This document shows, piece by piece, positions 8,900 through 20,251 of a stretch of 64,000 nt of DNA (position 1 is its first letter; each line of letters starts with the position of its first letter). The position numbers and the translations under genes were made by a program. This DNA comes from Podarcis bocagei (taxonomy: Eukaryota), in NCBI GenBank assembly GCA_964188305.1, contig OZ076892.1. One strand, 5' to 3'. A model generated the notes under the pieces. That model worked only from the letters and a program-made list of their open reading frames with translations, searched no databases and was not told the origin of the DNA.

Positions 8900-10630
8900 C
8901 GTTTTTGCCGATCGCTATTTGCAAGCCCTCCGCCTCCTCCGGTTGCTCGGTAGGGCTGTTCTCCTTAAGGCAAGTCTTCCAGCCCGCTCCGACAAAGCCT
9001 CTTCCAGAGGGCGCCCCGGTCGGAAGCTCAGCAGCAGCGGCGGCGAGGAAAAGGCCAGCTCTCGGGAAGGCGGCCGCAGAGCGCGCTCTCCTGGCGGAAC
9101 AAAGGCCCGGCCTCCCGCGCGCCTCCATGCCCGGGCAGAACTGCGCTTTGCAGAGGCTGCTTCGCCGGCCCCTCGGCGCGGCGCGGCTGGCTCGGACTGC
9201 GCCTGGCGGCGGAGATCCCTCGCGATCCCAGCGCAGGAAGTTCTTCATGCCGGGCGACGTCGGGCGCCTCCAATCTGCCCAGCATCCTCGGCCAGCGGGC
9301 GGGATAACTGGTTCAGCGCCGCTAGCAAAGGCCCTGGAAGGTAGGCGGGCAGATCTCCCCGTGCAGTCTGGAAGCGACCGGGGATCTCGTGGCGAAGTCT
9401 GCTCGGCGTTTCTCCCTCGCTCAAGGGCGGCGGCAGCCGGCGGACAGAAGCAGAGGCACCCCCGCAGGGAACGGGCCGGGACAGCCGGCTGCCGCTGTCC
9501 TCGCCGGGCTGCTCTCGGCTCCTACCATGCTCGGGCCGCGCAGACGTAGCTCTCCCCGCTTGCTCGCTCTCCAGGAGGGAAGTTTAGTTGGAGCCTTTTG
9601 TGCGTCGCGGCGGCGGCGGCAAGAGCGGGGCCCGCCTCCCCCGGCAGCCGTCCCCGCCGAGCCGAGCCGTGGGCTGCATGTCAAGCGAGCAGCAGGAGCA
9701 GGAGCCGCCGCCGCCCCCTCTTCTGTGCTCCCGAACGGGGCTGCAGCTGTCACGGCCCTTCTCAGCGCACAAACTTCTTGCCGGGGGAACAAAAGGCTGC
9801 GCGGCGAGGCTAGCTCGGATGGAGGGATGCAGAGCGCGCGACGGCTGGCTGGCTGGCAGGCCGCTCCTCTTGCTCGCCCTTGGAGGAGGCCGGCGGGGCG
9901 AGACCCAGCAGCAGTCCGCCCCCCGCCCGGGAAGCCCAACTCCGGCAGGAGAGCTCCGGCCCTCAGCGCCAACGGCTGCGAGATTCCGGCTGGGCCACCG
10001 AGCTGCCAACTCCGAGGGGAGGGGACGCGCCGAGTGGCGAGGAGGGAGAGAGGGGAGGGAGGAAGGAGGCGGGGACCAGCAGGCGAGGCGAGGCGGGGAG
10101 GAGGTAGGATGGGGGCGGCCTTAGTGAGCCCCAGGCGGGCTCGGCGAAGCCAACGGCCACGGGCGGATGGAGGCGCGGAAATCGAGCCCCGCCAGTCAAG
10201 GACCCGGCCGCTCAGCAGCGGAAAAGGCGGCTGGGCGCTGAGCCTGGTCCGCGGGGGAGAAAAGGAATATTGCTGGTTCAAGGGGAGAAACAACCCCTCC
10301 CGCGCCTTGTCTGGGTCTCCCCCTCCTCCTCTGCCCCCTTCGCCTGGGGCGGGGGTCGCAGCGCAAATCCCTTGACAAAGAGCAGCGACGTCTTGCTTCC
10401 CTCCAGCGCGCCCCTCCGCTGACTCCGGTTCGCGGAGGCCAAGACTTTTTTGAGGGGCGGGAGAGACGCCTTGCGATCAGCAACCGCCCGCACGACTGCC
10501 AGCGAATCTCTCCTGCAAACAACCGTCCCCCAAACCAGAGAAATATAAGGTTCTGCCTCGAGTAGCACACTGGTGCCGCAAAGATAGTAGAGACGTTTAG
10601 TTGGAGCGTGAGAACGCGCCGCTTGAACAT
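8900..10630. promoter_or_regulatory. CpG island; probable promoter and 5' leader of the KIAA0754-type transcript
   Basis: Very high GC content and dense CpG against a CpG-poor background; multiple GC boxes (GGGCGG, GGCGGGG); lies immediately upstream of the minus-strand ORF. Confidence 0.88.
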
Positions 10631-11270
10631 GTGCAGAGTGCAGAGCAAACAATCCTCACAAAGCTGCAATTTTCACTAGGGGGAGGAAATGATAGTACCT
10701 CACCACTGTCTTCCTCCTAGGCATACAAAACCACTATTATAAATTGCTGACGTTGGGTTTTTCCAGGAGAGGGCAGGGGAAATAACTTGCAGATGAGCTT
10801 ATTAATTTGATGGAGCAGGGGAGGTACCTGTGCAGAGTAAATCCCTCTTCCTTAGCTCTTATTTGCTATCCAGCAATTGGCTAAGGAGTTGCAGGTCATT
10901 TACAGCCTTACAGCTTTGACAACACTGTATGAAAGCATCCTCACTTCCATTTATTTTTTTTAAAGCACAGGTGTGCACGTCTAAGAAAACAGCAGGACAG
11001 GGTCAAGATGTGTCTTTATGTGGAAATATCTGCACAAAGGTATGCTAGGATATTTCAAATGGGGCTAAAGTTTCATAGTTGGATTTCAAAGGCGTTTGCC
11101 CGACATTTCCCTTGCAACACACCACCATAGGAGGGCCATAGCAAAGACCCAACATAACCTGCTTCTAACTACATGATAGGATTAAGCCCTGTGAAACGAA
11201 GAATAAAAGAGTTCCTCTTTTGGGGGCCTTTCTCACACAACATCACACCCACAACCAGCCCACATGGTAC

Positions 11271-11959
11271 TGAGGACAGGATCACACTTCAAAACGACCT
11301 TGACAGATTAGAGAACTGGGCCAAAACAAACAAGATGAACGTTAACAGGGAGAAATGTAAAGTGTTGCACTTGGGCAAAAAAAATGAGAGGCACAAATAC
11401 AAGATGGGTGACACCTGGCTTGAGAGCAGTACATGTGAAAAGGATCTAGGAGTCTTGGTTGACCACAAACTTGACATGAGCCAACAGTGTGACGCGGCAG
11501 CTAAAAAAGCCAATGCAATTCTGGGCTGCATCAATAGGAGTATAGCATCTAGATCAAGGGAAGTAATAGTGCCACTGTATTCTGCTCTGGTCAGACCTCA
11601 CCTGGAGTACTGTGTCCAGTTCTGGGCACCACAGTTCAAGAAGGACACTGACAAACTGGAACATGTCCAGAGGAGGGCAACCAAAATGGTCAAAGGCCTG
11701 GAAACTATGCCTTATGAGGAACGGCTAAGGGAGCTGGGCATGTTTAGCCTGGAGAAGAGGAGGTTAAGGGGTGATATGATAGCCATGTTCAAATATATAA
11801 AAGGATGTCACATAGAGGAGGGAGAAAGGTTGTTTTCTGCTTCTCCAGAGAAGCGGACACGGAGCAATGGATCCAAACTACAAGAAAGAAGATTCCACCT
11901 AAACATTAGGAAGAACTTCCTGACAGTAAGAGCTGTTCGACAGTGGAATTTGCTGCCAA
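11271..11959 (+). mobile_element. CR1 LINE fragment: C-terminal part of ORF2 (end of reverse transcriptase), frame still open, truncated at both ends
   Basis: [12 protein letters not shown]...KCKVLHLG...EKDLGVLVD...[15 protein letters not shown]...[11 protein letters not shown]...[11 protein letters not shown] are hallmark CR1 ORF2 motifs. Confidence 0.95.
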
Positions 11960-14900
11960 TCTGGCTTCCCTGCAACATGACTATTTGCAGAAACAAAGCA
12001 CCAAGAGCAAGCAAAGGTGAAGGTTTCTAAGCTCTAGCAACACTGCAGGAGCTGGCAGGAAAAACATTGCACAGGCGTTTGCCTCAATGAGGCCCTGAAT
12101 CCTTAATGCTCAATAGTCCCAACTCCTTGTAGTTACACAGTTTTCAAGCTTTTCTACATTGAACTTTGCCCACCTTGTCATGTAGGAGGGCATCATTCTC
12201 AGCTCATACCAGGTGTTCTGGGCTTCTCCCTGGAAACCAAAAGCACAGCCTGCAACACTCTGTGGCTGGTGAAGGGAGTTGCTGGTAGTCTTGGGGCAAA
12301 CACTCTTTCAAGGAAGATTGTCGACCTTGATTTGAGGAACCCACAGTGAACACTTGACAAAGCACAGATTTCCTCATTATACGATCTGGAAATCATGGCC
12401 AAAGAGCAAAAAGCAGTTGCCTCATCTGCAACAGCACGTTCACACATCTTCTCCCCACAAAACCTGCAAGGTTGTGATTACTGGTAAAAGCAGCAACTGA
12501 ACCCGGATTGTATGGGTGGGGGGAGAAGTGGGCGAGTGCAATTCACTTTCCATGCAAAGATAGCTCACACTCCTACCCAAGAAATTACCCTCCTAGGAGC
12601 TTCCTCCCACAATCAACCGAAGCAACCCAGGCCACAGGTATGCTGCATAGAGCAAGTGCACAATCCAGCAAGGCAATTCTGGGGGAGGAGCAATTCTTGT
12701 CAATCAAATCAAACTTTAAATATGATTTCCTCCCCCAAGGCGAGGGAGAAAACTTGGCAAACAGTTAAGGGATGGGCCAAGTAAAGTTGATCCAGATTAT
12801 CTGCTTGGATTCTGGTGCCACAGAGCATTCATCTCATTAACCAACATTTCATTGCATCATTTATACCAAACAGGAAATTTCACCACTAAAAAGCCCTATA
12901 GCAACAGCTGCATACAGGGTTAGAGAGACTGCCCAGCCTCCTCTCTTCCCAGAGCACCACCAGCCAATATACTGTTTTGTGTGCACACAGAGACCCCCTT
13001 CCTGGCCTTTCCCTTGCTTGGCTCAGGAGCGCAGCAGACAGCCAGACATTACAGTCACAGAAGAACGTCTAGGCTAGCTGTAATAATTGGATGCAGCTGC
13101 AACAATAATCTGGCCAGTAGTTTCACCAAAGCAGGCCCTTTATGTGCCACCGCCGCCTTCGCTGTTCAAACTGCCTTCAATTGCGCAGGGCGAGTTTTTC
13201 TTTTTTAACTGCTCTCCCAGCTTCCTGCAGGAAGAATCTGAGGAATTCCATGTGAGGTTTCCCCCCTCACTTATAAAAGGACGATGTGTTGAGTTTGCAG
13301 CCAGGAATTCTTTGGCTATTTCCTCATCAGGTCACATGCCAACAAAAGGAGTGCCAATATACATTCATTCCCCTCCTCCTTGGAAGAGGGAATGTAGGCC
13401 TATCCCCTTCCCCACTAAAATCAAATATGCACATAAAGATACTGACATCGAAATGGGTCTGTCCTTCATCACACGAACTGACTCTCTTGAAGCTGAAATA
13501 TTTGCTTTGAACTGGCATTACTTCAAGCCTGCTTGGAAAAATTCCAAGTGGCAACAACTCACACAAGATGCCCACGTATAAGAATGGCAACATTTCTTCC
13601 ACTCCACCCACTTCCTTGAAATGGTCTCTAAAATTTCAGCTCTGGCAACTAAGAATCTGAAATATCTCTTCTCCCTCCCCAACTGATTCTTTAAGATGGG
13701 GTAGGGAACCTGGAGTCTAAATACTACAGACCTCCCTTTCTGGTCCTTGGGAGTCTCCACAGGCCACACCTTTCACTGGTCCTGCCTAAAACCCCTATCC
13801 TAGAGCAGTTTTGCCTGGCTTAAATGTATCCTCGAACTTGGATAATGCCTCTTCCTTGCCTGGAGAGAGTAGGAACTAATGCCTCCCTGCTCCTATATAT
13901 GTTTTTCAAAAACCTGGAGGGACATTTTACCTGGTGGGGGGGGGGTTCATAACAAGAGGGCACTCCTTTAAATGAATAATGGCTACTTCCTTATGACTGT
14001 CTTCAGCACTTTGAGTGTTCTGGGGTCCTTCCAATAAGATGCTCTGAGCACCCAGAAGATTGGCTCAGGTGTAGGAGATGGGTGGAGTACAAGATTTCTG
14101 AGGGATCCATGGGGACCATGGTTCCTTTTGCATTTCTTGCAGTGTGATGTAGAAAGACCAGCCAAGCAGCCAGCTGTGGCACTGAACTATATTTACCTGA
14201 TGATGGAACTTCCAGACTCTGTATCCCCTAGCGACAATTTAGAAGGAAGGGCGTGAGAGAGAGGGAGAACAAGCCAAAGGCACGTCTGCTAATTTCAGTT
14301 TATTTGTGGGACTACAGTATGCCTGGTGAGCAAAGAATCCCAAGGCAAATTCAAGCAAACTCCCAAGCCCACGTGCACAGCAAAGGTTTGTTAGCTCAAG
14401 AGGCTCATCCTTTCGAGCAGCCCCAACCTGACACCTTCCAGATGTTTTGGACTACAACTCCACCAGCATGGCCATGTGATGCTGGGGCTGCTGGAAGTGG
14501 TAGTCCAAAATGCCTGGAGGACAACAATTTGGTTAGGGGGGGCACTTTTAAGTCAAAGTTGGTTTCCTTCTGTAGCCAGCAGCTTTTCACAAAGCATTTC
14601 TTTAAAAGGAGGAGCTGGGACTTTGCCCACTGTTGCACCTGGGTCCCTGCCTTGTTAAATTGATCGCAGGGTTTGCTGTAGTAGCTCAGCCATGGATGGA
14701 AAGCAGTCTACATGCTCAGAAGCACAGTGTTAATCCACATGTTTGGGGAATGTGGCTTGTAGCTACAAGCAGATTCCAGGACTGTGCTCTGGTGAGCCAC
14801 TGAGCAAATTAATCCTACAAACTGATCTTAAGTAGGGCTGTCGAGCAATTAATAAATGGCAATTGATAATTCACAAGGCAGGTGGTATGAGGCTGCTTCC

Positions 14901-15794
14901 TATGTTCCTGACTCAGACCCTTGGGCCCATCTAGCACAGTACTGTCTACACTGACTGGCAGGGACTCTCCAGGGTTTCAGGCAGGAGATCCCAAAGTCTA
15001 AAATATTTGTACTGTATTGAGACAACAGCAGTGGCATTTTAAAGCACACTATTAACAGGAAAAGACCACCTTCAATGTTTTCTTTTTCTCATTTTTTATG
15101 ACAGTGGCACACTGTACTCAAAATAGCCTCAGAAAATAGGTAAGTGGTTTTTTTTTAACTCTGCTAATTAAAATCTGTTCCCATGGATTCATCAGCAAAA
15201 GATTTAGTTGTTCTACTGATTAAATCAATTAAAGCTTGAAGCTCAAATCTTAAACTATGGGTTGTGTTTCACAAACAAGGCATAAGAAGACTGTTCATGG
15301 TTAAACGGCACCAAGGATTACAGCAAAACTCCCTATTTTTCCTTCAGAAGGCAGAGCACCTCCATATATGGGGCTTGCTGGGCATGCAAAAGTATACAAC
15401 ACAGCCTGTATTTTGCTTATGGGCCTTGCCTCGTGCACCCCCCTCCACACTGCCCATTGGCAGACTTCAGCACCCTCCTTGCCCCTATCTGCTAAACAAC
15501 TGCACAACAGCTCCTCCAGGCAACAACACAAACTGCTTGCACGGACAAGCCACATCAGGAGGCTATTTGGATGGGTATTTTTAGGTCCCTTGTAATGCAA
15601 CTTAGCAGCTGGAAGTAAGCAGCAAAGCAAAGCACTTTCCTCAAGACTTAATTTCTAAAATGTGAGGGGCCCAGACCCAATATTGGCCTAGAAGGCATTC
15701 TTCACTATTCCACCTTGGTGTGTGAGCAGCTTGAGGCTGCTCAGTGGTGAGAATTCACTCAGCACGTGCCCAGTAACACGTTCACTTCTTTAGA

Positions 15795-16372
15795 ATGAAA
15801 GAACATAAGACCAGCCTGCTAGATCAGGCTCACCTAGTCCAGCATAGGTGGACATCCTTTTCTCATAGTGGCCAACCAGATTCCTGTGAGAAACCCTCAA
15901 GCACAGCTCAGGCACAATGGAAGCATGGCTGCTTCCAACTGTGGAGGTAGAGCATAGGCATCGTGGCTAGTAGCCACTGATAGCCCTCCCCTCCATGAAT
16001 TAGTCTAATCTTCTTTCAAAGTCACCCACATTGGGGGCCATCACTGCCTCCGGGGGGAGCAAGTTCCATAATTTGACTACAGTGGTAGCTCGGGTTAAAT
16101 ACTTAATTCATTCCGGAGATCCGTTCTTAACGTGAAACTGTTCTTAACCTGAAGCACAACTTTAGCTAATGGGGCCTCCCACTGCTGCCGCGCCGCCAGA
16201 GCACGATTTCTGTTCTCATCCTGAAGCAAAGTTCTTAACTTGAAGCACTATTTCTGGTTAGCGGAGTCTGTAACCTGAAGCGTATGTAACCTGAAGCGTA
16301 TGTAACCTGAGGTACCACTGTATATGCTGCATGAAGTACTTTCTTTGATCTGTCCTGAATCTTCCAGCATTA
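15795..16372 (-). mobile_element. Old CR1-family 3' fragment, interrupted by a MITE
   Basis: agaacataaga...gatcagg...gtggctagtagccactgatag...gcaagttccataatttgacta, resuming after the MITE as tatgctgcatgaagtactt...tgtcctgaatct. Confidence 0.65.
16080..16320. mobile_element. Tc1/mariner-pogo (Tigger-like) MITE, 241 bp
   Basis: Terminal inverted repeats CAGTGGTAGCTCGGGTTA / TAACCTGAGGTACCACTG, TA on both flanks, subterminal gtaacctgaagcgtat repeats. Confidence 0.9.
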
Positions 16373-19300
16373 ATTCACACACTCCAAGGCTAAGCCCATG
16401 GCAGTGGAAGCAGGCTTTGATTCAAACAACACCCCCTGATTTCCTAGGCCCATTCAGCGATCTTTGACTGGACTATGATGGGGTTATTGGGGAAAGATGG
16501 GGGGGCAGTTTTGGCTAACATGATGTAAGGAGACACCTGCTGAGTCAGGCCAAAGGTCCATCTCAGCCCAGCATGCTGTTTCCAACAATAAGCAGCCAGA
16601 GGCATCTTGGGAGGCCACAAGCAGGTCAGGAGGAAAATAGGCTGATCCTCACAGTTTGTCCCAGGTTTCTGGTATTACTGGTAGGCTGCCTCTGCACTTG
16701 GAAGTTCTAGTGAGCCATTATGGTTCTTGGCAGTTCATAAATGCACAGCACCTTTTTTTTTGCTTTTTTTGTCAGTGACCTTACAATCTTATCTGCTTCT
16801 TCTTTTTAAGGATAGTTATGGAGATTTTGCAGCAATCTTCCTCAAACTGGTACCCACTAGATGTCTTAAGACTACAACTCCCATCAACCCAAGCAAGGCA
16901 TGGCTGATTTACAGGCACAAAGTTTTTCACAGGGAGGTGCTCCTCCGCAACCACAGCCAGGAGCATTAAAGTTATCCCAGTGCTGAGCTCTCTGTGATTA
17001 TGCTAATTCAGAACTTAACACTGCACCTTCGCACAAGCACACACCCTCCTACGAAAGAAGCAGGATTTGTATAATTTATTTTAAAGCCCCTCCTTCACTC
17101 ACGCTCGGCTAGGACTTATGAAACACAAGGGATTTACTTTATCTTTCCTCCTCCATTCAACCTCTTCCAGCCTAGATCCAGCAGTTCTGCCTGCACCAAT
17201 CTTTGAGGGGAGGAAATTACATTTCTGTGGACATAGGGGGTAGCTGTGACACAAGGCTAAACCCTCAGCTCCAAACGTGCTCTAGACAAAAGCTGCCAGG
17301 CTAATCCCACCCAACTGCACTGCACTGGGCAATTCCTTTTATCTGCTTTGCTCATGACAGACTTCAAACTGATTTCATGTCAGGTCTCAGGCACCTTACA
17401 ATCCTGCTTTCCTAAGAAGAAAAGCCTCTTCTCTTCTTGCAGATTGTGGTTAAAGGAAGGTGGCCTTGTCCCAACAGCCAGAGTTAGCATTTCTGCAAGC
17501 GATGCAACAGAATTTCCTAGGGTGCACTGCAGAAAATTGCTCCCCACAGCAGCCCAACCAGGCCATGCCTGGCAAAGTGCCTGGATTAAACCTGCTCACC
17601 AAACTGACTGAAGCCCACCAGGCACAGATCAAGCCTTGCCAGAAGCTAAGCAACCACCAGGCAACAAAATCAGGAAGTTTCTGGAGCCCTACAGTCTGGC
17701 ATGGTCCATTCAAGGAGCATATTTCATCCACAGAAAATAAGGAAGCACAACACCACTGAAAGAAAGTTGCAGCTCCAATACAAGCTTCTCTTTCTGCCAT
17801 TGGAAGGAATATCATCTCACACTAGTGGTGGCAAGCCCTTGTTCTAGCTCCTTTGGGGAGTAGTGGAAGAAAACTGGTCTATATATTACACCAACCCATG
17901 TCCTGCAATCCTGGTTATAATACCATTCAGATAGAGTGTTTTCGGTGTCCTCAAATGTGACATTTGGCACCAGCAAAGGCCACTTTAAGTGACAGGATTA
18001 GGGCCACTCCATCAACTCAGCTGTGAACTGCCACAGTTGGGCTTCCCACTTGCTCAGAACTCACCCTCTCACTGGCCATTCCTCCTGGTTGCCCAACATT
18101 TACTTTTTTTGAAGAATTTGTACCTAAAATTGCTCATTCTCCTGCACTAGATGCTACACTGAAGAGTGGCCCTCACTTCAGCCATCCCAGGGAGTGGTGG
18201 ATTCTTCCCACTGCCATGCCTTCATCTTTTCCTCAAACTGAAACCCTGCCTGGCCTTCTGATTGGCTGGGAGACCCCTGTGTAAGCTTCCCACCTTTGCA
18301 GCTCATCCAGTCCTTGGGCATTCTGCTTGCAATCTTCCATCTGCACTTCAGGCCTCTCTTGGGTCTCCCACCTGATTAAGAGCCCCCTCTGATGCTTCAT
18401 CTGGGTTGGCACTCAGCTGAGCTAAACCCTGGGCTTGTTTCCTTAAGGTTAATCTTCTTTTAAACATGTACCAAGTGCATTCCTCTTGCCACTAAGTAAC
18501 TTGCTTTAACAGACTGGAGATTTTGGAACAGAGCTTCCAGGCAAAATATGTCAAATTTGAACCCTGGGCACCCAATTGTACGTACAACATACACTCTTCT
18601 ATCTCCTTTTCCTTTTCTTCAGGAAAATAACCTCTGTTGCCAGCCTTCAGCTCATGAGTCACCTGCTCATTCTTAGTCTCTGAAACTGTGTTGCCTCAAA
18701 TTTCGGGAAACTATGTAAGTGGACATAAATGACTAGTTTGTTGTCGGGAACCGAAAGCGCCCTGGTGATGCCAACCTCAGATAAAGCGGGTATTTTGCAG
18801 AGCTGCCAAGTAAACAGCCTCTTGGCTTGCCATGCCAAACACTACAGTGCTCACAGCTGCTGCCCATTCTGGGGCGCACCCTGCAGGAAACACAACTCTC
18901 CCTCCCTACTCTGCTTGGCAAACTCAGCTGCTGATTGATTTCCACAACAGGAAGGTGTGGTAAGCAATGGGAGCTGATGAAGCATCCTTTTATGCTGTTT
19001 ACCAAAGGGTCAAATCAGATACGCACACATTGCCCCAAACACAAGGCCAACTTGCCTTCCAGGACAGGGCAGCTTGAGAGCTGTTAAGAAGGCAAATACA
19101 AATGCCCACCCATCTAAAGCAGCCTTTGCCAACCTGGTCAGACTACATCTCCCATCAGCCTCAGCTACCACAAAGGCTGCTCTAAAGTGCTGAAATGCTA
19201 GCAATCATCAACCAGTGGACAGGTGCTTGGCTCACACCCTCCAGTTACTGAATCTGCATCTGCCTTCTCTCAACGTGGGGCATTCTGTGCTCTGAACTCT

Positions 19301-20206
19301 ATGGGGAATGGCCCTGTTATATGATCAGGTGGTCCTTCCAGGATTCACACTCCTCCTTTTCACTCTTCCCAGCTGTGCATGAGTGCTAACTTTGGTTAGC
19401 CATTGGAGAAACATTCAGCACATAAGCAGAAGCAATCTTGCTTATTGCTACTTCGCATGTTGAACTTTGCACTGCAAACAAGTCCTGGGAGAAGACTCTA
19501 ACCTGGGTACCTGCTCCCTCTTTGTGGGGCACTAGTGGTTTGGACTGGGTACACTGCTCTGCCATGGGGATAGACCTGTCTTTTCATCACTGATAATGAC
19601 TTAGAGCTTTCTACCTTGGCATTATTTGCTTCCTTGCACTGGCAAGGGAACATTGATGAGGAACTACTGGCTTCCTATACTGATGCAGCCAGAAGAAGAA
19701 TCCGAGGCAAAACTGCACAGCATCCCTTTTACAACAGCCCTTCCCCCAAATAGGACATTCTGGGCCTGGAAAACTTATTAGCACAAGTTTGATCAGAAGG
19801 GGAAACCCTGTTGATTGTGGTGCTGCCCAGCTCATGTTTCTCTGTAACAAGGCCTCCTTGGTGGTGGATCCCCATTTTTGGAATGACCTCCCTAGTAAGG
19901 TGTGTCCAATTTACATTCAGGGGGCATTTGCTGACTGAAAAGATGCTCTTCCCAGCAACTTGGTAATTATTTGCTGTGAGGATATGCAGCTGTTTTTAAA
20001 TGTTTTTAGGTGGCCTTAAAGTTTATAAAGAGGTTTTTATTTTATTGTAATTGCATTGTTTTACTACCTTGTTGCTTACTGCCCTGGGCTCCTTTCAGAG
20101 CAAGGGTTGGGCAGAAAATTAATTAACAAATAAGCAAACAAATAAGCAAACAGGGGAGAAACTGAGTTCAGCATCAATTCCCAAGGGAGCCAGATTGCAC
20201 CTCATC

Positions 20207-20208
<2 letters not shown>

Positions 20209-20247
<39 letters not shown>
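20209..20247. repeat. (GA)n microsatellite, about 19 units
   Basis: Seen directly in the sequence. Confidence 0.97.

Positions 20248-20251
<4 letters not shown>

Noticed and set aside
8772-10669. Many long overlapping ORFs (up to 328 aa) on both strands
   Set aside because: Arg/Gly/Pro/Ala-rich translations expected from a stop-poor CpG island; no recognisable domain
11173-12030. 285-aa ORF as a host gene
   Set aside because: It is a CR1 ORF2 fragment fused by chance to flanking sequence
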